DNA from: Chloroflexota bacterium
Lineage (GTDB): Bacteria > Chloroflexota > Dehalococcoidia > Dehalococcoidales > JBDRCY01
DNA length: 64,000 nt
Direction of reading: 5' to 3'
Assembly: GCA_043821265.1 (NCBI GenBank)
Contig: JBDRCY010000015.1
Span: forward strand, 10,558 to 74,557
Position 1 is the stretch's first letter; every line of letters begins with the position of its first letter. The notes under the pieces were generated by a model. That model ran no database searches. It worked only from the letters and a program-made list of their open reading frames with translations, and was not told where the DNA came from. This document shows positions 29,712 to 40,600 of this stretch, piece by piece. The position numbers and the translations under genes were made by a program.

Positions 29712-29807
29712 CAACACGAAAAGACCAAGAAGGGCGGAGGCCGCCCTAAACTACTCAACACGAAAAACGAAAAACCAAGAAGGGCGGGTGCCTGCCCTGA
29801 ACTACCC
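29712..29807 (+). repeat. Two tandem copies of a roughly 45-52 nt unit (CAACACGAAAA..CCAAGAAGGGCGG-loop-CYGCCCTRAACTAC), each containing a GC hairpin
   Basis: Read directly. Hairpin 1 is GGGCGG-AGG-CCGCCC. Hairpin 2 is GGGCGG-GTGC-CTGCCC, which forms a G-U pair only when read on the plus strand. Confidence 0.7.
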
Positions 29808-29822
29808 GGCACGGAGAGTTCC

Positions 29823-29848
29823 AGAGAGGCTCCGCCTCTCTTTTTTTA
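29823..29848 (+). terminator. Rho-independent terminator-like hairpin (AGAGAGGC-TCC-GCCTCTCT followed by a run of about 7 T) with no upstream plus-strand CDS
   Basis: 8-bp GC-rich stem, 3-nt loop, T tract 29841-29847. All annotated genes upstream are on the minus strand. Confidence 0.55.
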
Positions 29849-29850
29849 TA

Positions 29851-29879
29851 TCCCCCTCTCCCTTCAAGGGAGAGGGGGA
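29851..29879. repeat. 29-nt near-perfect palindrome TCCCCCTCTCCCTT-C-AAGGGAGAGGGGGA followed by GGGGGTGAGGG
   Basis: Read directly as 14-nt arms. I have seen similar CCCTCTCCC/GGGAGAGGG + GGTGAGGG hairpin elements in intergenic regions of other bacterial genomes (recollection only). Confidence 0.7.
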
Positions 29880-29919
29880 CCAAGGGGGTGAGGGTATTTA
29901 GAACCTCAACACCCTATCC

Positions 29920-29948
29920 TGCAATCAACCATGTCCAAGTGATATAAT
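29920..29948 (+). promoter_or_regulatory. Candidate promoter for the radical SAM gene (extended -10 TGaTATAAT; weak -35 TGCAAT)
   Basis: TG at 29940-29941 and TATAAT at 29943-29948. GGAG at 29967-29970 and ATG at 29977. Confidence 0.5.
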
Positions 29949-29976
29949 TAGGTTAAGCAGCCAAGTGGAGATAGTA

Positions 29977-31017
29977 ATGCACAAGGCCTTGCTCTACGAA
30001 ACACTACCCGGCTTACGGGTCAGGTGCCATACCTGCCAGTGGCGCTGCCGCATAAACCCAGGGCATTTCGGTGTCTGCCGCATGTACCAGAACAGGGACG
30101 GCGTCCTCTATAACCTGAACTACGCCCAGGCATCATCGGTAGCCATTGACCCCATTGAAAAGAAGCCCCTATTCCACTTCTATCCCTCAAGTCAGGTCCT
30201 ATCCCTAGGCTCCTGGGGCTGCAACTTCCACTGCAAGCACTGCCAGAACTGGGAAATCTCCAGCGCCGATTCCGCCGCCGTGCTGGGCAGCGCCACCGAA
30301 GTCCCGCCCCAGGAAGCGATAAGGATGGCCCAAAGCCACCGCTGTGCCGGCATCGCCTGGACATACAATGAGCCCACCGTCTGGTTCGAATACACCCTGG
30401 ACTCAGCCAGACTGGCCAGGGAAAATAATCTGTATACCGTCTATGTCACCAATGGCTATATAACGCCCGAGGGACTGGATGCCATCGGCCCCTATCTTGA
30501 TGCCTGGTGCGTCGACGTGAAGGGCTTCTCCGACGCCCTCTACCGCAATCTGGCCGGGGTGGTCCACTGGCGGGGAATACTCAATGTCACCCGCCGCGCC
30601 AAGGACAAGTGGCATATGCATGTTGAAGTCGTCACCAATATCGTGCCCACCATGAACGATGACGACCAGCAGCTGGAGGCCATCGCCAGCTGGATACGGG
30701 ATAACCTGGGCGAGCTAACGCCGTGGCATGTCAGCCGGTTCTATCCTCACCACCGGATGAGTCACCTGCCGCCCACGCCGATAGCCACCCTGGAACATGC
30801 CTATGACATCGGCAAGAAGGCGGGGCTGAAATTCGTTTACGCCGGAAACGTCCCGGGGCATCAGCACGAAAACACCGCCTGTTACTCCTGCGACAGGCCG
30901 GTAGTACAGAGGTTCGGCTACCAGACGGCGGTAAGCGGTCTTAGAGGCTCGAAGTGCCGATCCTGCGGGGTCGAACTCAACTTCCGCACACACGGGTCGG
31001 AGAGGAGGCCAGCATGA
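29977..31017 (+). CDS. AmmeMemoRadiSam system radical SAM enzyme
   Basis: [14 protein letters not shown] (CxxxCxxC), N-terminal CHTCQWRC...GVC and C-terminal CYSC...CRSC Cys clusters. It is followed immediately (ATGA overlap) by the Memo/AMMECR1 gene. ATG 29977 with GGAG 6 nt upstream is preferred to GTG 29965. Confidence 0.8.
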   Translation: MHKALLYETLPGLRVRCHTCQWRCRINPGHFGVCRMYQNRDGVLYNLNYAQASSVAIDPIEKKPLFHFYPSSQVLSLGSWGCNFHCKHCQNWEISSADSAAVLGSATEVPPQEAIRMAQSHRCAGIAWTYNEPTVWFEYTLDSARLARENNLYTVYVTNGYITPEGLDAIGPYLDAWCVDVKGFSDALYRNLAGVVHWRGILNVTRRAKDKWHMHVEVVTNIVPTMNDDDQQLEAIASWIRDNLGELTPWHVSRFYPHHRMSHLPPTPIATLEHAYDIGKKAGLKFVYAGNVPGHQHENTACYSCDRPVVQRFGYQTAVSGLRGSKCRSCGVELNFRTHGSERRPA

Positions 31018-32327
31018 TCAGGCGGCCGGTGGTATCGGGGCAGTTCTATCCCGCATCCGCTGCCCAACTAAGGGAAATGATTAAGCGCTTTACCGACGAG
31101 AAGGCGGCTAAAGAAGAGGTTATCGGCCTGCTGTCGCCCCATGCCGGATATGTCGCCTCCGGTCCGGTAGCCGGGGCCACCATATCCCGGGTCAAATTCA
31201 AGGACACCTTCATTATCCTGGGGCCCAGCCATACCGGGAGGGGAAAGCCCTTTAGCATCATGACGGAGGGTGCCTGGGAAACGCCCCTGGGCAAAGTAAG
31301 TATCGACACAGCAGTGGCCAAGAAGATACTGGCCGGTTCCCGTTACCTAGAGGATGACCCCTTAGCCCACCAGTATGAACACTCCATCGAGGTGCAAATA
31401 CCCTTCCTGCAGTACTTCAAAAAGGATGTCAAGATAGTGCCCATTGTCCTCGCCTACTCCGCTGGCTCCGCCTACAAGGAGATTGGCCGGGAAATGGCCC
31501 AGGTCATCAAGGGGCTGGATAAAGGGGTGGTAATCATCGCCAGCGGCGACATGACCCACTACGAACCCCAGAAGGCCGCCGAGAGCAAGGATAAAAAGGC
31601 CATCGAGGCCATGCTGAATCTGGACGAAGACGAGCTGCTAAAGAGGGTAGATAAGCTTAATATCTCGATGTGCGGCTACGCACCGGCGACCAGCCTGATT
31701 GCGGCGGCCAAGGAATTGGGCGCCGGGGAGACCGAGCTGGTCCGCTATCAGACCAGCGGTGACATTACCGGCGATTATTCCAGCGTGGTCGGTTATGCCG
31801 GCATCCTCATCAAGGCGGCCCGGATACACCCGCTGGCAGGGCTGGCTAAAGAAGCGGTGGAGACCTATATCGGGGAAGGCAACATCATTAAGCCAGCCGG
31901 GCTTACCCCCGAGATGCAGGACAGGGCGGGGGTATTTGTCTCCATCCACAAGTCCGGCGAGCTGCGGGGCTGCATCGGCACCTTCGAACCGACTAAAGAG
32001 AATGTGGCCGGGGAGATTGTAGCCAATGCCATCAGCTCGGCCACCAGGGACCCGCGCTTCCCCCCTGTTGCCCCCGATGAGCTTGACCACCTCGACTACA
32101 GCGTGGACGTCCTCAGCCCGCCCGAACCGGTAACCGACAAAGACCAGCTGGACCCCAAGAGGTACGGCGTCATAGTGGAGGCCGGGTGGCGGCGGGGCCT
32201 GCTCCTACCCGACCTCGAGGGCGTGGAGACAGCGGAACAGCAGATAGAAATCTGCCACATGAAGGCGGGAATAGCCCCCCACGAACCGGTAAAACTCTAC
32301 CGCTTCGAGGTAAAGAGATACAAATAA
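31014..32327 (+). CDS. Fusion protein: Memo-like (AmmeMemoRadiSam protein B) N-terminal domain plus AMMECR1 (protein A) C-terminal domain
   Basis: The start [13 protein letters not shown] is preceded by GGAGG at 31004-31008. Memo features are [21 protein letters not shown] and GDMTHY. After about residue 265, the AMMECR1 features are [20 protein letters not shown] and RDPRF.PV. 437 aa. Confidence 0.8.
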   Translation: MIRRPVVSGQFYPASAAQLREMIKRFTDEKAAKEEVIGLLSPHAGYVASGPVAGATISRVKFKDTFIILGPSHTGRGKPFSIMTEGAWETPLGKVSIDTAVAKKILAGSRYLEDDPLAHQYEHSIEVQIPFLQYFKKDVKIVPIVLAYSAGSAYKEIGREMAQVIKGLDKGVVIIASGDMTHYEPQKAAESKDKKAIEAMLNLDEDELLKRVDKLNISMCGYAPATSLIAAAKELGAGETELVRYQTSGDITGDYSSVVGYAGILIKAARIHPLAGLAKEAVETYIGEGNIIKPAGLTPEMQDRAGVFVSIHKSGELRGCIGTFEPTKENVAGEIVANAISSATRDPRFPPVAPDELDHLDYSVDVLSPPEPVTDKDQLDPKRYGVIVEAGWRRGLLLPDLEGVETAEQQIEICHMKAGIAPHEPVKLYRFEVKRYK

Positions 32328-32424
32328 CCGCCGCCATAGATCAGACCAAAGGGATTTATTTCTAAAGCTTTAAGAAGGTGCTTTGAAGTAAAGAAATACA
32401 AATAACCGCCAAAGAGGGTGTTTT

Positions 32425-33774
32425 ATGGACATGTTCGAACGGCAATTCAAGGAGCAGATAACCAAGGGGGCGCCGCTGGCCACCCGCATGAGGCCCACCG
32501 ACCTCCATTCCTTCGTGGGGCAGGAGCATATAGTCGGTAAGGGACATGCCCTGAGAAAGGCCATCGAGACCGGGCAGCTGCCGTCGATTATCCTGTGGGG
32601 GCCGCCGGGCAGTGGCAAGACCACCCTGGCGGGAATCATCGCCAACACCACCAGCTCACACTTCAGCCAGGTAAGCGCCGTCAGCGCCGGTGTGGCCGAC
32701 CTCAGGCGGATAATCGAGGCCGCCAGGGAGCGCCGCAAACTGTACCAGCAGAGGACTATCCTGTTCATCGATGAGATTCACCGCTTTAACAAGGCCCAGC
32801 AGGATGCCATTCTGCCCTATGTCGAGGACAGCACGGTCACCCTGATTGGTGCCACCACGGAAAACCCCTCCTTCGAGGTCAACTCCCCCCTCCTCTCCCG
32901 CTGCCAGGTCTTCCCCCTGAAACCGCTCTCCGAGAACGAGCTACATACTCTCCTCATGAGGGCCTTAAAGGACACTCTAAGGGGCATCAGCAGCTTAAAC
33001 GTAGAGCTGGACCCGGATGCCGCCCGGCACCTCATCTCCATGTCCAACAGCGATGCCCGGAGCGCCCTAAACGCCCTGGAGATGGCCGCCCTGGCCACAC
33101 CGCCCGATGAAGAGGGAAAGCGCATTATCGCTCTCGCCACTATCGAAGACGTCTTCCAGCACCAGGCCCTGAAGTACGATAAGGACGGGGAGCAGCACTA
33201 CGACATAATCTCCGCCCTGCACAAATCGATGCGCGACTCCGACCCCGACGCCGCCCTCTACTGGCTGGGGAGGATGCTGGAGGCCGGCGAGGACCCGCTG
33301 TATATCGCCCGCCGCCTGGTCCGCTTCGCCTCCGAGGATGTCGGCATGGCCGACCCGCAGGCGCTGGTGGTCGTCATGGCCGCCCAGCAGGCCGTCCACT
33401 TTGTCGGCCTACCGGAGGGCAACCTGGCCCTGGCCGAGGCCGCTGTCTACCTGGCCACAGCGCCCAAGAGCAACTCCCTGTACCAGGCCTATTCCCGGGT
33501 CCAGCAGGAGATTAAACAGGGAAGTAACGAGCCGGTGCCGCTACACCTGCGCAACCCGGTAACGCCGTTAATGAAGGGGATGGGCTACGGCCAGGGCTAT
33601 AAGTATGCCCACGATTATCCCGACCATGTTGTCGCCCAGCAGCACCTCCCCCAGTCCCTTCAGGGCAGAAGCTACTACACCCCCACCGACCAGGGATACG
33701 AACAGCAGGTAAGAGCACGGCTCAAGGCCTGGCGGCAATTAAAAAATAGCACGCCTCGTAAAAAAGAAGGCTAA
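32425..33774 (+). CDS. rarA: Replication-associated recombination protein A (MgsA/RarA AAA+ ATPase)
   Basis: 449 aa. LATRMRPTDLHSFVGQEHIVG, Walker A GPPGSGKTTLA, LFIDEIHRFNKAQQD, HYD.ISA..KS.R.SD.DAALYW. Confidence 0.92.
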   Translation: MDMFERQFKEQITKGAPLATRMRPTDLHSFVGQEHIVGKGHALRKAIETGQLPSIILWGPPGSGKTTLAGIIANTTSSHFSQVSAVSAGVADLRRIIEAARERRKLYQQRTILFIDEIHRFNKAQQDAILPYVEDSTVTLIGATTENPSFEVNSPLLSRCQVFPLKPLSENELHTLLMRALKDTLRGISSLNVELDPDAARHLISMSNSDARSALNALEMAALATPPDEEGKRIIALATIEDVFQHQALKYDKDGEQHYDIISALHKSMRDSDPDAALYWLGRMLEAGEDPLYIARRLVRFASEDVGMADPQALVVVMAAQQAVHFVGLPEGNLALAEAAVYLATAPKSNSLYQAYSRVQQEIKQGSNEPVPLHLRNPVTPLMKGMGYGQGYKYAHDYPDHVVAQQHLPQSLQGRSYYTPTDQGYEQQVRARLKAWRQLKNSTPRKKEG

Positions 33775-33824
33775 CGGTATCACCCCATTTCCGCTGTTAG
33801 CCGGGCAGCCAGTTTAATCCCTCG

Positions 33825-33853
33825 TTTACACCCTCCCGCGCATATGCTATAAT
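33825..33853 (+). promoter_or_regulatory. Candidate promoter for rpsO-pnp (-35 TTTACA, 17-nt spacer, -10 TATAAT)
   Basis: TTTACA at 33825-33830 and TATAAT at 33848-33853, read directly. About 57 nt upstream of the rpsO TTG start. Confidence 0.55.
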
Positions 33854-33909
33854 TCTCTGGTCTGAACGTATATATTTTTACCAAAATAGCTAAAGGTGGG
33901 GAGTATAAC

Positions 33910-34173
33910 TTGGAGAAAGATGAAAAGAAAGAGCTTGTGGCACAGTATAAGCTCAGTGAGAATGACACCGGCTCAACAGAGGTGCAGGTAGCCCTGCTGA
34001 CCGCCAGGATAAAGCAGCTATCCGACCATATGGCGGCTAACCGCCATGACCACCACTCCGAGCACGGTCTGCTAAAGCTCATCGGTCAAAGAAGGAGACT
34101 GCTTACCTATTTGAGCCGAGAGGATGTAGGTCGATACAACAGCCTGATTAAGAGGCTGGGGCTACGCAAATAA
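33910..34173 (+). CDS. rpsO: 30S ribosomal protein S15
   Basis: 87 aa with a TTG start after GGTGGGGAG. DTGSTEVQVALLT.RI..L..H....K.DHHS..GLL.L.G.RR.LL.YL. Confidence 0.92.
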   Translation: MEKDEKKELVAQYKLSENDTGSTEVQVALLTARIKQLSDHMAANRHDHHSEHGLLKLIGQRRRLLTYLSREDVGRYNSLIKRLGLRK

Positions 34174-34196
34174 ATAACTACCACAAGGAAACAATC

Positions 34197-36388
34197 TTGC
34201 TAACAGCACAATCTTTTCAATGCGACATCGCCGGCCATACCCTCAGTATACATACCGGCAAGCTGGCCAACCAGGCCAGTGGAGCGGTAACCGTTCAATA
34301 CGGGGATACCGTAGTAATGGTTACTGCCTGTATTTCCGGCGAACCACGGCCCGGGGTAGATTTTCTGCCCCTGACCGTTGACTACGAGGAACGGCTATAT
34401 GCCGCCGGTAAAATCCCCGGCGGCTTCATCCGGAGGGAGGGACGCCCCAGCCAGGAGGCAACCCTGGCGGCCCGGCTCGCCGACCGCCCCCTGCGCCCGT
34501 TACTACCCAAAATGTGGCGTAACGATATCCAGCTCGTCGTCACCGTCCTCTCCGCCGACCAGCTGAACGACCCCGATATCCTGGGTGTCATCGGCAGCTC
34601 AGCGGCCCTATCAATATCAGAGGTGCCGTTTGCCGGTCCGGTAGGCGCCACCCGCGTCGGCTATATCGACGACCAGCTGGTGCTCAATCCGACACTGGTG
34701 GATATGGAGAACAGCCAGCTTGACCTGGTCGTAGTCAGCACCCGGGATAGAATACCCATGGTGGAACTGGGCGCTAAAGAGGTGTCCGAAGAGCTGGTCA
34801 TCGAGGCCATAAGACTGGGCCATGAGGCCAACCAGGGCATTATCGGGATTCAAGAAGAGCTCCAGCAGGCCCTGGGCAAAGCCAAGCTAGAGGCCCCCTC
34901 CACCAGCCTGAACCCCGAAGCAGTCTCCGCCGTCTCCAGCTCCGTCGCCGACAGGTTGCCCGGGGCCCTGTACCAGGCCGACCGAGCACAGCGCCAGGAA
35001 GCGGTCTCCATCCTCAAGGGGGAAATCATCGAGGGCCTGAAAGAATCATTTACCAAAGAAGAAATAGTAGCCGCCTTCGACTCAATGGTCAGGTCGGAAA
35101 TACGGAATAATATCCTGAGTAAGTCACAGCGGATTAGTGGCCGTAGCCTGACCGATGTCAGGCCCCTCCACTGTGAAGTAGGGCTGCTACCCCGTACCCC
35201 GGCTCCGCCCTATTCTCCCGGGGCAAGACCCAGGTACTGACCATCACCACCCTGGGCTCTACCCGGCAGGAACAGCAACTCGACGGTCTGGGCATAGAGG
35301 ATAAAAAACGCTTCATCCACCACTACAATTTCCCGCCCTTCTCTACCGGCGAGGTGAAACGTATCGGCTCAACCAGCCGCCGGGAGATTGGACACGGCGC
35401 CCTGGCGGAACGGGCGCTGATACCGATTCTGCCCAAAGACGAGGACTTCCCCTATACCATTCGCCTGGTCTCCGAGGTCCTCAGCTCCAACGGCAGTACC
35501 TCCATGGCCAGTGTGTGCGCCGGCAGCCTGTCCCTGATGGACGCCGGGATACCGATAAAGAGCGCCGTAGCCGGTATAGCCATGGGCCTGATTACCGGTG
35601 AAGACGGTGACGCCCACGCCGTTATAACCGACCTCGAAGGGCTGGAGGATGCCTACGGCGATATGGACTTCAAGGTAGCCGGAACCAGCGAGGGCATCAC
35701 GGCAGCGCAGATGGACACCAAGCTTAAGGGCATAAAACCGGAAGTCCTGGCGGCGACCCTGGCCCAGGCCAAGGAAGCCCGCCTGCATATTCTTAACACC
35801 ATGAACCAGACCATCGCCCAGAGCCGGCCCGAGGTCAGCCAGTATGCCCCGCGCATGTATAAGATAATGATTAACCCGGATAAAATCGGCGCCGTAATCG
35901 GTACCGGCGGCAAGACCATCCGCTCCATCATCGAAGAGACCAAGACCACCATTGATATCGATAACAGCGGCATGGTGCTTATCGGCTCACCGGACAAGGA
36001 GGCCGCCGATAAGGCCATCGCCATCATAGAGGGCCTCACCAAGGAGGCAGCGGTCGGCGCCACCTACACCGGCAAAGTAACCCGCACCCTGAACTTCGGC
36101 GCCATGGTGGAAATCCTGCCCGGCAAGGAGGGCCTGGTCCATATTAGTGAGCTGGCCAATTACCGGGTACCCAAGGTGGAGGACGTGGTCAAGGTGGGCG
36201 ATGAGATTACCGTCAAGGTAACCGAGATTGATAATATGGGCCGGATAAACCTGTCACGACGGGTCCTGCTGGAGAAAGACTCACCAGCCCCCGCAGGGGA
36301 AGGGGAAACGCCATCCGCAAAGTACCCGTTCCGAAGCCAGCGCAACAGCCGTCCGCCCCAGCGCTTTAACCCCCGCCGGAACCAGTAA
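34197..36388 (+). pseudogene. pnp: Polynucleotide phosphorylase interrupted by an apparent 1-nt deletion near 35199/35200 (true pseudogene or assembly error)
   Basis: ORF 34197-35240 encodes the N-terminal RNase PH domain and ends in out-of-frame ..[18 protein letters not shown]. The next frame, from 35201, reads [19 protein letters not shown]...[10 protein letters not shown]...[12 protein letters not shown] and continues through the KH and S1 domains to 36388. The expected PRTHGSALF requires ACC-CAC-GGC where the sequence has ACC-C-C-GGC. Confidence 0.85.
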
Positions 36389-36472
36389 CTCGAATAGAGC
36401 TCCAGGCAAGACCAGTACCAGGAAGCAATGAGATATCCCCTATAATAAATAAAAACACCTAGAGTTAAGGCT

Positions 36473-37267
36473 ATGGAAGCGATAAAAGTAGTCGTTCAAG
36501 GAGCACTGGGCAAGATGGGGCAGACGCTGGTCGGCGCCCTGTCCGACGAGCCAGGGACACAGGTAGTAGGGGCCACCGAACTCGAGGTCCCCAGCGACCG
36601 CCTGCTACTGCCCGATGGTGTAAGCCAGGTGCCCTTTGCCGCCGACCTGGGACAGATACTTACTGCCTGCCGGCCCGACGTGCTGGTAGATTTCACCGTC
36701 GCCAGGGCCACCATGCCGGCGGTGCGCCTGGCCACCGAACGAGGGGTCAACCTCGTTATCGGCACCACCGGGCTATCGGCCGACGATATAAGCGAGATTG
36801 AACGGCTGGCCACCGCCCACCGGGTGGGGGCAGTGGTAGCCCCCAACTTCGCCCTCGGGGCGGTGCTGATGATGCACCTGGCCAAGATATGTGCCAAATA
36901 CCTCGACAGCGCGGAAATCATCGAACTGCATCACGACAAAAAGGTGGATGCTCCCTCGGGGACGGCCCTGGCCACGGCCAGAGAGATGGCAGCCGCCAGA
37001 GGCAGACCGTTCCAGCGGCCTGAAGAAAAGAGTAATGCCCAACCCAGCCGCGGGGCCAAAATTGAGGATATCAATATCCACAGCGTGCGCCTGCCCGGCC
37101 TCCTGGCCCACCAGGAAGTGGTCTTCGGCGCACCCGGACAAACACTGAGCCTGCGGCATGATACCATCAGCCGAGAGTGCTTTATGCCCGGCGTTATACT
37201 GGCCGTCAAGGAAGTGGTCCACCGCCAGGGGCTGGTCTACGGTTTGGATGCCCTCCTCGGTTTATAG
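36473..37267 (+). CDS. dapB: 4-hydroxy-tetrahydrodipicolinate reductase
   Basis: 264 aa. VVVQGALGKMG, IGTTG, ELHHDKKVDAPSGTA. Confidence 0.92.
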   Translation: MEAIKVVVQGALGKMGQTLVGALSDEPGTQVVGATELEVPSDRLLLPDGVSQVPFAADLGQILTACRPDVLVDFTVARATMPAVRLATERGVNLVIGTTGLSADDISEIERLATAHRVGAVVAPNFALGAVLMMHLAKICAKYLDSAEIIELHHDKKVDAPSGTALATAREMAAARGRPFQRPEEKSNAQPSRGAKIEDINIHSVRLPGLLAHQEVVFGAPGQTLSLRHDTISRECFMPGVILAVKEVVHRQGLVYGLDALLGL

Positions 37268-37276
37268 GAGACAAGA

Positions 37277-38311
37277 GTGAAGTACTACAGAGTAGCCATC
37301 GTCGGTGCTACCGGACTGGTCGGGCAGGAGTTCATCAAGGTCCTGGAGCAGCGCAATTTCCCCATGTCCTCCCTCCGCCTCCTGGCCTCGGACCGTTCCG
37401 CCGGTAAAAAGCTGCCGGCCTTAAACCAGAAGCTGGAGGTCCAGGAGACCACCCATGAATCCTTTAAGGAAATAGATATCGCCCTTTTCTCCGCCGGGGC
37501 CGAGGTCAGCCGCTATTTCTCACCCATAGCCGCTAAAGCGGGAGCCGTGGTTATCGATAATAGCTCCGCCTTCAGAATGGTGAACTCGGTCCCCCTGGTA
37601 GTACCCGAGGTCAACCCCCAAGACATAAAGCAGCATAAGGGTATTATCGCCAACCCCAATTGCTCCACCATTCAGATGGTAGTAGCCCTTTACCCGCTGC
37701 ACCAGGCCAATCCCATCAAACGCATCGTGGTTGATACCTACCAGGCAGTGTCCGGTACCGGCACCGCCGCCGTAGAGGAGCTGAGAACGCAGGCCAAACA
37801 GATACTGGGGGGGCAACCTACCATCCCCCATGTCTATCCCCACCAGATAGCCTTTAACGCCCTGCCGGAGATAGCCGTCTTTCTGGACAACGGCTATACC
37901 AAGGAAGAATGGAAGATGGTGGAAGAGACCCGCAAGATAATGCATGCTGATAAGATCGCCATCTCCGCTACCTGTGTGCGCATTCCGGTATTTACCGGAC
38001 ATAGCGAGGCCGTACACGTGGAATTCTCCCGGCCGATGTCCGTTGATGAAGCCCGCCGTATCCTGGCCCAGGCACCGGGTATCAAGCTGCTGGACGACCC
38101 CACCATCAGCCTCTATCCCCAGGCCTGGTCGGCCGCCGGCACCGATGAGGTCTTTGTCGGGCGCATCCGCAAAGATGCCTCTCACCCCAACGGACTGGCC
38201 ATGTGGATTGTCGCCGATAACCTGCGCAAGGGGGCCGCGCTAAACGCCGTCCAGATTGCGGCAGAAATGGCTAAAAGGGATTGGGTACTTCCCCAAGGAC
38301 AGGAGAAATGA
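37277..38311 (+). CDS. asd: Aspartate-semialdehyde dehydrogenase
   Basis: 344 aa. VAIVGATGLVGQE, active site IANPNCSTI, AVSGTG, DNLRKGAALNAVQIAE. Confidence 0.93.
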   Translation: MKYYRVAIVGATGLVGQEFIKVLEQRNFPMSSLRLLASDRSAGKKLPALNQKLEVQETTHESFKEIDIALFSAGAEVSRYFSPIAAKAGAVVIDNSSAFRMVNSVPLVVPEVNPQDIKQHKGIIANPNCSTIQMVVALYPLHQANPIKRIVVDTYQAVSGTGTAAVEELRTQAKQILGGQPTIPHVYPHQIAFNALPEIAVFLDNGYTKEEWKMVEETRKIMHADKIAISATCVRIPVFTGHSEAVHVEFSRPMSVDEARRILAQAPGIKLLDDPTISLYPQAWSAAGTDEVFVGRIRKDASHPNGLAMWIVADNLRKGAALNAVQIAAEMAKRDWVLPQGQEK

Positions 38312-39198
38312 AGAATATAGGACGACTACTGACCGCCATGGTAACACCCTTCGATGAAGACGGGCAGGTCGATTACGGCCAGGCCCAGAAACTGGCCCGG
38401 GCGCTGCTCGATTCCGGCAGCGACGGGGTGGTGGTAGTGGGCACCACCGGGGAATCCCCCACCCTCACCCGAGAGGAGGAGCTGCGCCTGTTCGCCGCAG
38501 TAAAATCGGCGGTAGGCGAAAGGGGCTCGGTAATCGCCGGCACGGGCTCAAATAGCACCGCCGAGGCCCTGGTAACCACCAAAGAAGCCGAAAAAATCGG
38601 GGTTGACGCCTGCCTGCTGGTCGTCCCCTACTACAATAAACCCCCCCAGGAAGGCCTGTACCAGCACTTCAGGACTATAGCGGAGAGCACCTCTCTACCC
38701 TGCATCCTCTATAACGTGCCCTCACGCACTATTACCAGCCTGTCAGCCGAGACGATTATCCGCTTAAGCCACCTCGATAATATCATCGGCTTAAAGGAGG
38801 CCAGCGGCAACCTGGAGCAGGTCTCCCTGGTCGTCAGCAACACCGGAGACGATTTCCTCGTCTGGAGCGGCAATGATGGTGATACCCTGCCCATACTGGC
38901 CCTGGGAGGCTACGGCGTCATCAGCGTAGCCTCACACCTGGTCGGCCGGCAAATCAGGGCCATAATAGACGACTTTATCAAGGGCAAGACAGCCAAGGCA
39001 GCCGAGATACACCACCACCTGCTGCCCCTGGTCAACACCCTGTTTATCCTCTCCAACCCGGTACCCATCAAGTATGCCCTCAACTACCTGGGCTTCCCCG
39101 TCGGCAAGCCACGCCTGCCCCTAATCGAGGCCGATGCCAAATCAGCCGCCCTGATTCAGGGTACCCTCACAGACTATAAGATTGACCTGAAAATCTGA
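38308..39198 (+). CDS. dapA: 4-hydroxy-tetrahydrodipicolinate synthase
   Basis: MKNIGRLLTAMVTPF.., GTTGESPTLT, YNKP, YNVPSRT, KEASG. ATG 38308 forms an ATGA overlap with the asd stop, so the listed 38281 start is probably too far upstream. Confidence 0.92.
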   Translation: MKNIGRLLTAMVTPFDEDGQVDYGQAQKLARALLDSGSDGVVVVGTTGESPTLTREEELRLFAAVKSAVGERGSVIAGTGSNSTAEALVTTKEAEKIGVDACLLVVPYYNKPPQEGLYQHFRTIAESTSLPCILYNVPSRTITSLSAETIIRLSHLDNIIGLKEASGNLEQVSLVVSNTGDDFLVWSGNDGDTLPILALGGYGVISVASHLVGRQIRAIIDDFIKGKTAKAAEIHHHLLPLVNTLFILSNPVPIKYALNYLGFPVGKPRLPLIEADAKSAALIQGTLTDYKIDLKI

Positions 39199-39282
39199 GG
39201 GTACGGTCAGGGTATCCTAGCGGGCCACACCCCGCACGGGGGGCTTTAGCAAACGATTCATGGAAACAGCCGTTACCCGCGG

Positions 39283-40584
<1,302 letters not shown>

Positions 40585-40600
40585 TTAAGCTACGGCCTCT

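Noticed and set aside
29712-29807. Possible CRISPR array or other spacer-repeat structure
   Set aside because: There are only two adjacent imperfect copies, with no unique spacers between them, no cas genes, and unequal repeat lengths.
29677-29901. 74-aa plus-strand ORF in the coaE / radical SAM intergenic region
   Set aside because: It is a read-through of tandem repeats, a terminator and a palindrome (..SPSPFKGEGDQGGEG.. is the translation of the CCCTCTCCC/GGGAGAGGG hairpin). It is far better explained as non-coding structure.
30954-31013. Upstream extension of the Memo-AMMECR1 ORF overlapping the radical SAM gene by 64 nt
   Set aside because: ATG 31014 has a GGAGG RBS and an ATGA stop-start overlap, and it yields the typical Memo N-terminus. 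The extension has no support.
36389-36472. Lysine (L-box) riboswitch upstream of dapB-asd-dapA
   Set aside because: The intergenic space is only 84 nt, too short for an L-box (about 180 nt), and I could not see the conserved L-box helices.
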